Shown piece by piece: positions 37,251-49,434 of a stretch of DNA of 64,000 nucleotides (positions are counted from its first letter, which is position 1; every line of letters begins with the position of its first letter). Source of the DNA: Octopus bimaculoides (taxonomy: Eukaryota); the NCBI RefSeq assembly GCF_001194135.2, contig NC_068982.1, positions 45,479,382-45,543,381 of the forward strand. The letters run 5' to 3'. Under the pieces are notes generated by a model. That model worked only from the letters and a program-made list of their open reading frames with translations. It was not told where the DNA came from and did not search any database. The position numbers and the translations under genes are program-made.

Positions 37251-38209
37251 CATGCATAATACATACATACATACATACATACATGCATGCATACATGCAT
37301 ACATACATACATACATACGAATGTTCTGGCCTGTGGGAAGGATCATAGAACTACCTATTTATGAGGCGAAGTTCTTAACTAAACACCCATAACAGCCACG
37401 TTTTTTTTTGTTTCATTTTACTCTAGAATATGAAAACTTCGCGAACGAGATGTTAACTGATGTTAACCAAGCGAATAATGCAAATTATTTGAGAATATCA
37501 GTTACTGTAAAGGATTAGTACTTACTCATACCCGAAGCGCACACTATGAAGCGATTGACCCTTTACATTCGCTTAATTGTAAAATATATACTCAATGGAG
37601 TTTTAACTTATTCAAGGAAGAATGCCTTTTATGAGAACTCGCAGGAAATGAATAGATTTATCATGGCTTTAGATGTAAATTTTCTGTCAGTGGAATGAAG
37701 CGTGATCTTGTGCTTCTGTTTTCAATAGATGAGTGGATTTGGTGTTTTAGCTTTGCAAAATGTTATTAATTACAAACGAAGATCAAACATAGAACAAGCA
37801 CTATTACCGAGATTTCTAATTTGATAATGTTAGCATTAGTGTAATACTGACTTTGTTAACATGTTTGAAACTGTTGTCAACATGTGCAATCAATTTGTAT
37901 ATCAGAAAGAACAGGAGCATAAGTAGTCCATTACGTTTCAGCCGCTATCAAAGCTGTCATCGTTATTTAGATTTAGTATAATATCTAGGTTTCGTCTAAC
38001 CGCACACTTACAGACGTAACTAGTATTAGTCTAGGAATTTCAAAATTAATATTTAGAGTTGGAAGCAACTCTAGGTGAGGACCAGTAAAAACAGTAATAA
38101 TGAAGTAATCAGTAAGAAAATAAAAGCAATAAAGAAAAGATTATTATATTTACTTTACAAATAACTTCAATGATAGATACACTACTACAACGATTACTAC
38201 TTACTGGCA

Positions 38210-38765
38210 ATAATCCTTTCTACTACAGGCACAAGACCTGGAACTTGAGGGGAGAGGGATGGTCCATCACATCGACCCCAGTACTTGACTGGTGTCTAAT
38301 TTATCGACCCTGAAAGGATGAAAAGCAAAGTCGACTTTGGCGGAATTTGAACTCAGAACGTAAGGTGGGACGAAATGCTACTAAGCATTTTTCCCGGCGT
38401 GCTAATGATTTTGCCAGCTCGCACCCTTACAACTGGCTGATAATAATTCTACTAGAGACACAAGATCTGGAATTTGAACTCAGAAAATAAAGACGGGTGA
38501 AATGCCGCTAAGTGCTTTTCCTAGTGTGTTAGTTTGCCACTTTAATAATAATGCTAACAATAATCCTTTCTACTATAGGCATAAGGCCTGAAATTTGGGG
38601 GAGGGGATAGTCTATTACATCGACCTCAGTACACAACTGGTACTTATTATATCGAACCCGAAATTATGAACGGTAAAGTCGACCTCAACGACATTTCAAC
38701 TTAAAACGTAAAGACAGGCGAAAGGCCGCTATGCATCACGCCCAGTGTGTTAGTTCAACGCCTTG
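38210..38765 (-). mobile_element. Head-to-tail cluster of SINE family D copies
   Basis: Each copy opens with AATAATCCTTTCTACTA..GGCA.AAG.CCTG and carries the family D core; followed by (CAA)n(TAA)n. Confidence 0.85.
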
Positions 38766-38767
38766 AT

Positions 38768-38863
<96 letters not shown>

Positions 38864-38996
38864 GTGCAGGTAAAATGTGTCCCAGTAGTTATAGGTACAT
38901 AGGGAACTATGTGTGACCCTTCTGTCCGGCATTCGTCATGATAGATCGCTGACCACTACACATATTTTTTTTCTCTCCTTGTTTCTTTCTGTTTTC

Positions 38997-39032
38997 CTTT
39001 CTGTTGAAGAGCGTAGGCTCGAAACGTTAAAG
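38997..39032 (+). ncRNA. Minimal type I hammerhead-like motif with a variant core (CUGUUGA)
   Basis: CTTT-CTGTTGA-A-GAGC-GTAG-GCTC-GAAA-CGT-T-AAAG: stem I CTTT/AAAG, stem II GAGC/GCTC, palindromic ACGT stem III. Confidence 0.55.
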
Positions 39033-39583
39033 ACTTTCTCTATTCCCGAGCGTTAAACTAATACATCCATTTGTTGTTTACACCACCTGTCTTCGTCTGT
39101 TGTTTTTTTTTCGTAAATTCTCCCATATATAATACACGCTCACGTGGTCGCACCAGCTAATCCTGTCTCTATTCATCAAACACGAACTTCTGGATTCTAC
39201 CTTCTTTCATTCTGGATTTTTTTATTCTGAACTCTACACTCTCCGGTTGCACCTCTCCTACCCACGGATTANNNNNNNNNNNNNNNNNNNNNNNNNNNNN
39301 NNNNNNNNNNNNNNNNNNNNNNNNNNNNNNNNNNNNNNNNNNNNNNNNNNNNNNNNNNNNNNNNNNNNNNNNNNNNNNNNNNNNNNNNNNNNNNNNNNNN
39401 NNNNNNNNNNNNNNNNNNNNNNNNNNNNNNNNNNNNNNNNNNNNNNNNNNNNNNNNNNNNNNNNNNNNNNNNNNNNNNNNNNNNNNNNNNNNNNNNNNNN
39501 NNNNNNNNNNNNNNNNNNNNNNNNNNNNNNNNNNNNNNNNNNNNNNNNNNNNNNNNNNNNNNNNNNNNNNNNNNNNNNNNNNN

Positions 39584-39826
39584 ATATATGTGTGTGTGTG
39601 TGTGTGTGTTTGTGTGTGTGTGTTTGTCCCCCTATCATCGCTTGACAACCGATGCTGGTGTGTTTACGTCCCCGTAACTTAGCGGTTCGGCAAAAAGACA
39701 CCGATAGAATAAGTACTAGGCTTCCAAAAAATAAGTCCTGGGGTCGATTTGCTCGACTAAAGGCGGTGCTCCAGCATGGCCGCAGTCAAATGACTGAAAC
39801 AAGTAAAAGAGTAAAAGAGTAAAGAG
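39584..39826 (+). mobile_element. SINE family A 3' half (5' part in gap)
   Basis: CATCGCTTGACAACCGATGCTGGTGTG...GAAACAAGTAAAAGAGTAAAAGAG. Confidence 0.85.
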
Positions 39827-40209
39827 TATACATACATATTCTCTCATAGCCAACGCATGCCATTCTAACATCATCGATTTACGTTACTTATAATCGAAAC
39901 GGTTACAACCCAATGATATAACACAACCTATGCAGCATTAACTCGCCAAATCACTAAAAAATACCTTACACCAACTAGACATTACATATCAAGCACAACC
40001 AACATTCAACGAAACAGCACAGCTCACAACGCATATATTATTCAACTCAACACAGACAAAATAGCAAAACGACGATAGGAATTACATAAAACTCACACAA
40101 AAAAAGGAAGAAAATACACGACAGTCACCATCGTATACCTTATCCCCACCACCGCACAGTTCTGAAACACCTGGTTAAACAGTAAAAGCTCACATGACAA
40201 TGTTGCAAA

Positions 40210-40229
40210 GAAGGAGGAGGAGGAGGAGC

Positions 40230-40294
<65 letters not shown>

Positions 40295-40506
40295 AAGAAG
40301 AAGAAGGAGAAGAAGAAGAAGAAGAAGAAGAAGNNNNNNNNNNNNNNNNNNNNNNNNNNNNNNNNNNNNNNNNNNNNNNNNNNNNNNNNNNNNNNNNNNN
40401 NNNNNNNNNNNNNNNNNNNNNNNNNNNNNNNNNNNNNNNNNNNNNNNNNNNNNNNNNNNNNNNNNNNNNNNNNNNNNNNNNNNNNNNNNNNNNNNNNNNN
40501 NNGAGC

Positions 40507-40568
<62 letters not shown>

Positions 40569-40740
40569 AAGAAGAAGAAGGAGAAGAAGAAGAAGAAGAA
40601 GAAGAAGTAGAAGGAGGAGAAGAAGAACAAGAACAAGAACAAGAACAAGAATAACAAGAACAAGAAGAACAAGAACAAGAAGAACAAGAACAAGAAGAAG
40701 AACAAGAAGAATATGATGATGAAGTTGTTGATGAGGATGA
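40210..40740. repeat. Compound (GAG)(TAG)(GAA)(CAAGAA) microsatellite
   Basis: Direct reading. Confidence 0.95.
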
Positions 40741-41261
40741 AAAATTATACGAGACTTATATTGCTTTTGCTATTGTCGCCGTTCGCTCTCAAATTATTCA
40801 CTTTCACATTTCTTTTTCATCTATTTCATTTTTTTTTGTCTTACGTATTTTTTGGGTTAACTCCCCCCCACCCCATCTATTCTTGCTGTAGGCTACTTCG
40901 TTCGTTTTTCTAATCAATCTTATTATTTTTTTCTAACCAATGAGATTGCTGATGTTACAAGGAAAACGTTTTGCAATGAAGCGAAACGTAATCAAACACT
41001 TAGGTGAAACGCAAACATAGTCTTTCGGAAGAAGAAACGAAACGTTCACCGATTCTTCAGAATATGCCTTCAGTTTTTGACATTTCCTTTTTTTGGGTGG
41101 GTGAGTGGGTGAGGGACACTCTCCCCACTCCAAATGAAAAAATGACAAAGACAGGAAATTTCCATTAAATAATCATAATAAAATCATTTTGTTTGTATGA
41201 CCTTCTCCAGTGTGTTTAGACACACTGGAGAAGGTCATTTTTACTCATCATAATGTAGTCA

Positions 41262-41318
<57 letters not shown>

Positions 41319-41566
41319 GTCTGTCTGTCTGTCTGTTTGTCTGTATATTGACTTGTCTATCTATCTATCTATCTATCTATCTATACATACATACATACAC
41401 ATAAACATACATTTATACATACATTCGTACATAAGTACATGCTTACTTACATAATACATACATGCACACATACATATATTACATGTATATATCGGTGCCC
41501 CAGTATGGCCTCAGTATAATAACTGAAACAAGTAAAAGATAAAAGATGTATGTGTGTGTGTGTGTG

Positions 41567-41620
<54 letters not shown>

Positions 41621-42144
41621 GTGAGAAAACATTATTGGTAATCAAATTATATGCTCCAATATAACTATGTTAAAATGAGTTTTAAATGAGCAGTTAGCTC
41701 ACTTCCTCGGTATTTCGAAGAAAAAAACCCCCAAAACACCAACATATTTTTTTGCCGAAATACCGAAAAAATTAACTACNNNNNNNNNNNNNNNNNNNNN
41801 NNNNNNNNNNNNNNNNNNNNNNNNNNNNNNNNNNNNNNNNNNNNNNNNNNNNNNNNNNNNNNNNNNNNNNNNNNNNNNNNNNNNNNNNNNNNNNNNNNNN
41901 NNNNNNNNNNNNNNNNNNNNNNNNNNNNNNNNNNNNNNNNNNNNNNNNNNNNNNNNNNNNNNNNNNNNNNNNNNNNNNNNNNNNNNNNNNNNNNNNNNNN
42001 NNNNNNNNNNNNNNNNNNNNNNNNNNNNNNNNNNNNNNNNNNNNNNNNNNNNNNNNNNNNNNNNNNNNNNNNNNNNNNNNNNNNNNNNNNNNNNNNNNNN
42101 NNNNNNNNNNNNNNNNNNNNNNNNNNNNNNNNNNNNNNNNNNNN

Positions 42145-42330
42145 ACACACACACACACACACACATATCCGGTGGGCTTCTTTCAGTTTCCGTCTACCAA
42201 ACTCACTCACAAGGCTTTGGTCGGCCAGAGGCTATAGTAGAAGACACTTGCCCAAGATGCCACGCAGTGGGACTGAACCCGGAACCATGTGGTTTGTAAG
42301 CAAGCTACTTACCACGCAGCCACTACTGCG
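42145..42330 (-). mobile_element. SINE family A 5' half
   Basis: GGGCTTCTTTCAGTTTCCGTCTACC...ACTTACCACGCAGCCAC. Confidence 0.85.
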
Positions 42331-43019
42331 TCAAATATGTCAAATATGTTTCCAGCATTCCTTACAATATGATGTGGCTCAGAATTTACACTTCATTTTA
42401 TTCTCCGATGTGGTGAACGAATTCATAACGCATAGGATGTAGGAACTTAATGTGGAAACAAATTATACATCCATAAAATCAATGTTAACGCATTGTGCAT
42501 GAATTCAATCGCAGGGCTTTGGAGATACTAGGGCATCACCTTCCAGGTTTCTTCTTTAGTCGACTGTGGATAATATCAATCCCAGTACTTATTTCAGCCT
42601 AGTACTTATGTAATTCACTGCTTGGCCACGTTGCCATTTTCAGTCAACACAGGTTTATAAACACTAATATGCAACAACTGAAACTGCTAAAATAATACCA
42701 TAGTAATAAGGATATCTAACATAGAGACAGAATGATTTTAACTGTTTCTCTCTTAACTGTTTGTTTGATTTTCGAAGAACTGGGCCTAGAGGTTTAAAAT
42801 GACCCACTACTTAACTGGTACTTTATTTTAGGTAACCGGAAAGAACGAAGGGCAAAGAGGGCAAAGTAAAATGCCGAATAAACCACTGCAAAATGCTCTA
42901 ATGATCCTGCTAATCTACTAATGATACAAAGATGGAATCAAAAAATCTTCACAACAAATATCCCACGTTACAACAGAATCGAACGAAGTAAGATTATGTA
43001 AAAGATAATAATTGTTTAA

Positions 43020-44445
43020 AGCACCTGCGTTTAAGTCAGAAACTGAAGGCTTAATTTTAGCTGCACTGGAACATAAATAATAAAACAATAATGAAGCAAA
43101 GAGCTAATGTTAACTACATGAAACGCAATATGTGCATAGAAAGGAAACATTGACTATACAATATCTGGCGGCCTAATTCTTGCAAAAATAGACATATTAG
43201 TTAGTCTACTGGCTGCTTCAGCGAGAATATCTAAAACAAGTGGTTATGCAGATACTAAAGCCAAGACAGTTATTTAGCTACGATGGTCGTGGTCATATTT
43301 GTTTAGACATACAAAGAGACTAAATTAATTACAAAGTGGAAAACTCATTGGTAAATGGTTAAACGACGTTAACAGTTCTTATGTTTTTCCGAATGGTTAC
43401 AATGAACTTTCCATTCTGTAACTGCTTGCCAGACAAGCATAACTACGAAATTAAAATAACTGTTTTGATATTGTAATCAATGGCAGACAAGGAATTTATG
43501 CAGCAGCGTAAATGTTTGAGTTCTCTCTAATAGACACACAAAGAAGTTAGCAAAGTCTCAAAATTGAAGAATCTTTAATGAGAAATAAGAAATTTGGGAG
43601 TAAGAGCGATGCTAGAAATAATTAGTGCAATGGTTATGACTTGTAACGATGAAAAAAAAAAAATTGTCCAGTTCACTCATGGATTCTGGCACCAGTAGCC
43701 ATGTAGGAGGTAAAAGTATATAAAAGCGTATAAAGTATGCTACAAATAAATGAAGGAAATCTTGCAAATCCAAGCGAAAGAGCGAATTGTAAAACCGAAT
43801 CTGATCCTTATCAGAAAAATAATATTCCAAAAGACCTTCTTTCACCATTCCTTTTCTGACAAATGCTGACACCTTTAGCTGCCATAGCACCAGATTAAAT
43901 GTTACAAGCCATCATCTCATAAATAGACAATCAATCATTTTCTGTATATAGGTGATGCTATGTTGTGTACTGGCGATGTTAATTAACCGAACATTCCATT
44001 TCATACAATATACAAATTCAGTGATAAAATTTGGTAGGAAATTCGGCGCCGAAAATGCACCAGCAACACATAGTATAAAAAAACTAACAACAAAGAAAAA
44101 AAAAACAATAATGTAATGTTAGATAAAGAAATTGCGATAAAATAATTAGACCAAGGACATAGTTACAGGCACTTAGAAATCAATGAACAAGACTAAGTAC
44201 AACACAAACAAATGAAAGAAAAAGACCGAGAAACAGTATTAAAAATGCATTAGATTAATACTTAAAACAGAACTAAATGCTAAAAATAAAGCAAAAGGTA
44301 TTAATAATTTAGTTGTTACTGTAATAAATTACACTTATAGTATTCTCAACAGAAAGCTAAGTGAATTAGCAAGGCCAAATAGGAAAATAAAGAAAATAAT
44401 GACTGCATTTAGAATACATTATACAAAAGTTACTCAGAAACTATA
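43020..44445 (+). mobile_element. Decayed R4/Dong-clade (REL-endonuclease) non-LTR retrotransposon fragments
   Basis: KSETEGLILAA (43033); IFQ.D.LSPFLF...LTPL (43823); INHFLYIGD...KFGAE (43931); ILKTELNAKNK..GINNLVVTVINYTYSILN (44260-44350). Confidence 0.7.
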
Positions 44446-45403
44446 NNNNNNNNNNNNNNNNNNNNNNNNNNNNNNNNNNNNNNNNNNNNNNNNNNNNNNN
44501 NNNNNNNNNNNNNNNNNNNNNNNNNNNNNNNNNNNNNNNNNNNNNNNNNNNNNNNNNNNNNNNNNNNNNNNNNNNNNNNNNNNNNNNNNNNNNNNNNNNN
44601 NNNNNNNNNNNNNNNNNNNNNNNNNNNNNNNNNNNNNNNNNNNNNNNNNNNNNNNNNNNNNNNNNNNNNNNNNNNNNNNNNNNNNNNNNNNNNNNNNNNN
44701 NNNNNNNNNNNNNNNNNNNNNNNNNNNNNNNNNNNNNNNNNNNNNNNNNNNNNNNNNNNNNNNNNNNNNNNNNNNNNNNNNNNNNNNNNNNNNNNNNNNN
44801 NNNNNNNNNNNNNNNNNNNNNNNNNNNNNNNNNNNNNNNNNNNNNNNNNNNNNNNNNNNNNNNNNNNNNNNNNNNNNNNNNNNNNNNNNNNNNNNNNNNN
44901 NNNNNNNNNNNNNNNNNNNNNNNNNNNNNNNNNNNNNNNNNNNNNNNNNNNNNNNNNNNNNNNNNNNNNNNNNNNNNNNNNNNNNNNNNNNNNNNNNNNN
45001 NNNNNNNNNNNNNNNNNNNNNNNNNNNNNNNNNNNNNNNNNNNNNNNNNNNNNNNNNNNNNNNNNNNNNNNNNNNNNNNNNNNNNNNNNNNNNNNNNNNN
45101 NNNNNNNNNNNNNNNNNNNNNNNNNNNNNNNNNNNNNNNNNNNNNNNNNNNNNNNNNNNNNNNNNNNNNNNNNNNNNNNNNNNNNNNNNNNNNNNNNNNN
45201 NNNNNNNNNNNNNNNNNNNNNNNNNNNNNNNNNNNNNNNNNNNNNNNNNNNNNNNNNNNNNNNNNNNNNNNNNNNNNNNNNNNNNNNNNNNNNNNNNNNN
45301 NNNNNNNNNNNNNGCATAGTGGAAATTTACAGAAAAACAAAAGACGAAGACAAGTGTATGAATAACAAGCAGGTGTATTAGTTTGATGGGAAAGTGAGAA
45401 AGT

Positions 45404-45439
45404 CTTTAACGTTTCGAGCTTACGTTCTTCAACAGAAAG
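45404..45439 (-). ncRNA. Second copy of the variant hammerhead-like motif
   Basis: Minus strand CTTT-CTGTTGA-A-GAAC-GTAA-GCTC-GAAA-CGT-T-AAAG; ~150 bp of flank shared with the 38997 copy. Confidence 0.5.
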
Positions 45440-45520
45440 GAATATGAGGAAATAAACAGAGAAAATAATAATAGGAAGCGTGGACAGTTGTTTCATTAGA
45501 CGGTGGTGAAAGTATATGCA

Positions 45521-45600
<80 letters not shown>

Positions 45601-45691
45601 CATCTGTATATCGTCAGTAGTTCATATGTGTGAAAAAGAAGCACACTCTAAAATATTAAAGTAGTCATATATTTTTTAGGAAGTTAATTGT

Positions 45692-45812
45692 TATGGTCGG
45701 TCAGAGACTCAAATGGCCGGAAGTACATAACTGTTTCAGTGTGACGAGTCACCTATACAACTAAGCACTTTATAGGTGCAAAACCGATGGTTACACTCTG
45801 ACCAGCCCATTC
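45692..45812. mobile_element. Degraded relative of the 18244 MITE
   Basis: AAGCACTTTATAGGTGCAAAACCGATGGTTACACTCTGACCAGCC resembles the right arm of the 18244 element; short terminal inversion GGTCAGAG/CTCTGACC. Confidence 0.5.
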
Positions 45813-45912
45813 CGTAACTGATATCTCTGGTTCCTAACACTCCGTTGAACCCTTAGCGCGAAACCGATCAGTAAGATCGGCCCTGACGGATATATAACAC
45901 TATACACTTTGA

Positions 45913-45948
<36 letters not shown>

Positions 45949-46789
45949 GTTCAAACAAGAAAACCNNNNNNNNNNNNNNNNNNNNNNNNNNNNNNNNNNN
46001 NNNNNNNNNNNNNNNNNNNNNNNNNNNNNNNNNNNNNNNNNNNNNNNNNNNNNNNNNNNNNNNNNNNNNNNNNNNNNNNNNNNNNNNNNNNNNNNNNNNN
46101 NNNNNNNNNNNNNNNNNNNNNNNNNNNNNNNNNNNNNNNNNNNNNNNNNNNNNNNNNNNNNNNNNNNNNNNNNNNNNNNNNNNNNNNNNNNNNNNNNNNN
46201 NNNNNNNNNNNNNNNNNNNNNNNNNNNNNNNNNNNNNNNNNNNNNNNNNNNNNNNNNNNNNNNNNNNNNNGCCAAATGAAATTTAAATGTTGAAGTGAAT
46301 CTAACGGATTTTGTGTGTTATTTTAAATGGCTTATAAACACCTTCCACGCTGCAATTGTTTTCGTTCCAGCACACGATCTCAGATCAGGTCACTTGCTAT
46401 GCAAGTGCATCTATATATATATATATATATATAAATCAAATATAGATATGAAAAAAAAATGCGGAGAAATTTTTATGTTGGGAAAAAATACTATTTTGAA
46501 ATAAAATATTTCGCTTAAACACTCATACCCCCCCCCCACACACACACATACACGCATGAAAACATCTGCCCACACTACGCTAAAAACATGATTTGGATGC
46601 GTAATATTTATCTGTGGTTGCTAATTATAACAAATATACATGACAGCAACTGGCCATCGGACGCTAAATTCACTCTTACTACTCCATGCTAAAAGCAGTG
46701 ATGTCACGGTCCTATCAAATACCACGCTTCGATGACGAAGCAACACTAATATTTTCGTGGAATGTTAAATCTGTTGTCGCTGATTTTCC

Positions 46790-47230
46790 AGTACAACAGC
46801 ATGACCCGAACTTACCAATGGTTCCAGATGATAAAAATTTCCAGTTTTATCCGAATGAACAAGAACTCCAAGTTTACTTCTAAATTCTTTCAATAAAAGT
46901 TACAAGTTTTTAAGATGAGTGCTTCTTTTCATAGGGAATCGATGGAATTATTTAACGCTTTTAACTATATTCCACAGTTCAGTTTCCAAATCTGCTAATA
47001 ATGGATTAAAAGGTGGTATCTTTCTGAATGTAAAAAATTGTTTAATATGACTAATATCAATATCAAAAATACCATCACCATTACTCTTCCTATCGAAGTA
47101 GTAGGCACGCCACTTCATACGGTAGATAAGTGAATTAGTCTTATTAATAAAAATTTTCATATATTCTTTTTTAGTTGGTGAAGGTATATCTTTTAAAGAT
47201 GTGTCGATGAAAATTTTCTCCATATCAATG
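46790..47230 (-). mobile_element. Penelope-like element (PLE) N-terminal ORF remnant
   Basis: SLKDIPSPTKKEYMKIFINKTNSLIYRMKWRAYYF...FTFRKIPP..LADLETELWNIVKSVK, then VLVHSDKTGNFY (DKx motif). Confidence 0.6.
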
Positions 47231-49339
47231 AAAATCCACCGTAAGCACTCCAGACCAAGAGAATAATAGAGTATATAAATAGAAGAAAAAATGGGATTAA
47301 AAAATTCTGGCAGGTATAAGGTAAGCACCCAATATAAAGGAATAAGGTTAAATTTCCAACAAGGAGATACCAGTAAATGTATGAAGAATGCAAATCCCAC
47401 GTAAATCCTCACGTATGGCAGGTAAATCCAACAATCCTTATGCAGAATTTTAAGAAATTCAGATAATTAACAACAATCAATAATATGTACGAAGGAAATC
47501 GTATCTTTATTTTAGATGACACCTTAAAAATTCAATAGTTGTTTCAATTGCATTAACACACACACACACATTCATATATACACATATAGATATATAGCTA
47601 TACATAATATCATTAAAATTAATAATAATATGTACGAAAATTTATGTCAGCACAACATTATCAAGGTAATCCAAATTTGTGAAATTCTAACTGAATATCA
47701 GAGAAAAGTTAACTTGTTAAAAAACGCTAATAAAAGGAAACACCAAACCAAATTTAAGTTTAGACATTCATTCAACCAAAAAGCGACGTCATTGAATAAC
47801 TAATTTAATTGAGGAAAATAAAATATTAAAAAAAAACCCATCCTAATTCCATATTTTTAGATAATTTGAAATCTACATAAAAGAAACCTAACGTAGAAAA
47901 CGAGGATATTTATCTACTAAAATTTATGACGTCATTAGATATCTAAAGAACAAAAACTGCAAACAAGAATTCTATGTTATGCTTAATAGATAACTAAAGA
48001 ATAAAAACTACAAATTATAATTCTACGTAATGCTTAATAGAAACTTATATACTCTGAGAAATACAGCAGCAGCAGCAGCAGCAACAACAACATTTTTCTA
48101 ATTTAGGCATAAGGCCAATAATTTTGAGGAAAAGGAATAAATCGACTCTATCGACTCCAGTACATGACTGGTACTACATGTTATTGATTCCTGAGAGATG
48201 AAAGGCAAAATCCCTAGAATTTGTACTTAGAACTTAAAAAGTTGAACGAAATACGGCTACGCATGTTGTTCGAGGCGCTAACTATTCTACTCATACTCTG
48301 ATCTAATGTCAATACTTGTTTCTAATAGAGGTGCTAGACCAGTAATTTGTGGGGAGGAGTTTTAATCGATTGTGTTGAATCTAGAACTTTGTACTTTGTC
48401 TTAAAAACGTAGAGCCAGAAGAAATACGAAGCTCGAATAATTCCGCCAGTTGTTTGGAATCTATGCACAAAGCCAACAGTTCTGAGGAGAGCGGGTGGAG
48501 GGATACTGTCAGACCATGTACTAGACCGGAATATTATTTCATCGACATTGGCAGAATTTGAACGCAGAGCAAACACCCCGAGAATTTTCCCCTATGTTCG
48601 GTCTCTGTTTTAATGATATACCAAAAAGAATATCTTGTTAGACTCTTCTGTCTTTGACAATATACACACAGGCCATCAATATAATCTCATTGCCTCGTAG
48701 AGTTCAATCAAACTGAATATTAAAATCTTTCTTTTGCAGTTCCATGCATAGCTGTCCTTCTGTATATCCTTCCATTTAATCAATCTGGCGAAATGCAGTG
48801 CAACTAATGATATAAAGAAAGAAAGAAAGAAAGAAAAAAAAAACGATTTAAAATATCACCATCTACTTGAAGGACTATGGGTAGAACTTCGGGAACTTAG
48901 CAGATTATTAGAGTCTCTTCAACAATAAGTAGTTTTCTACTGTTAGCTAGTAATTATGGTGAAAAGATTTTAGTTTACGTTGTTTTAAATATACCTAGAG
49001 TTGGGCTCAAATGACTCATTTATCTTTTGTAGCTGTCTCATTACACGAAATTTTCCCCGCGTGATATTTTGAAAAGTGTTCTTTTAGACATGACGCCTCC
49101 ATAGCTCTATAACTCGATAGCATAGAAAATACATTTTCTTAGACACATACATCTCCGATTAACGGAAAGTAGAGTAGTAATAAATCCTCATCGCACGTAA
49201 TTTATATTATAGTGGTGAACTTCGTTTCTAGTTTCTGTATATATATTTATATGTATGAGCTTGTATGCATGTATATATGTGTATTATGTATGTATGTACG
49301 TATGTATGTATCTATATGCCTATATATATGTATATGTAT

Positions 49340-49434
<95 letters not shown>

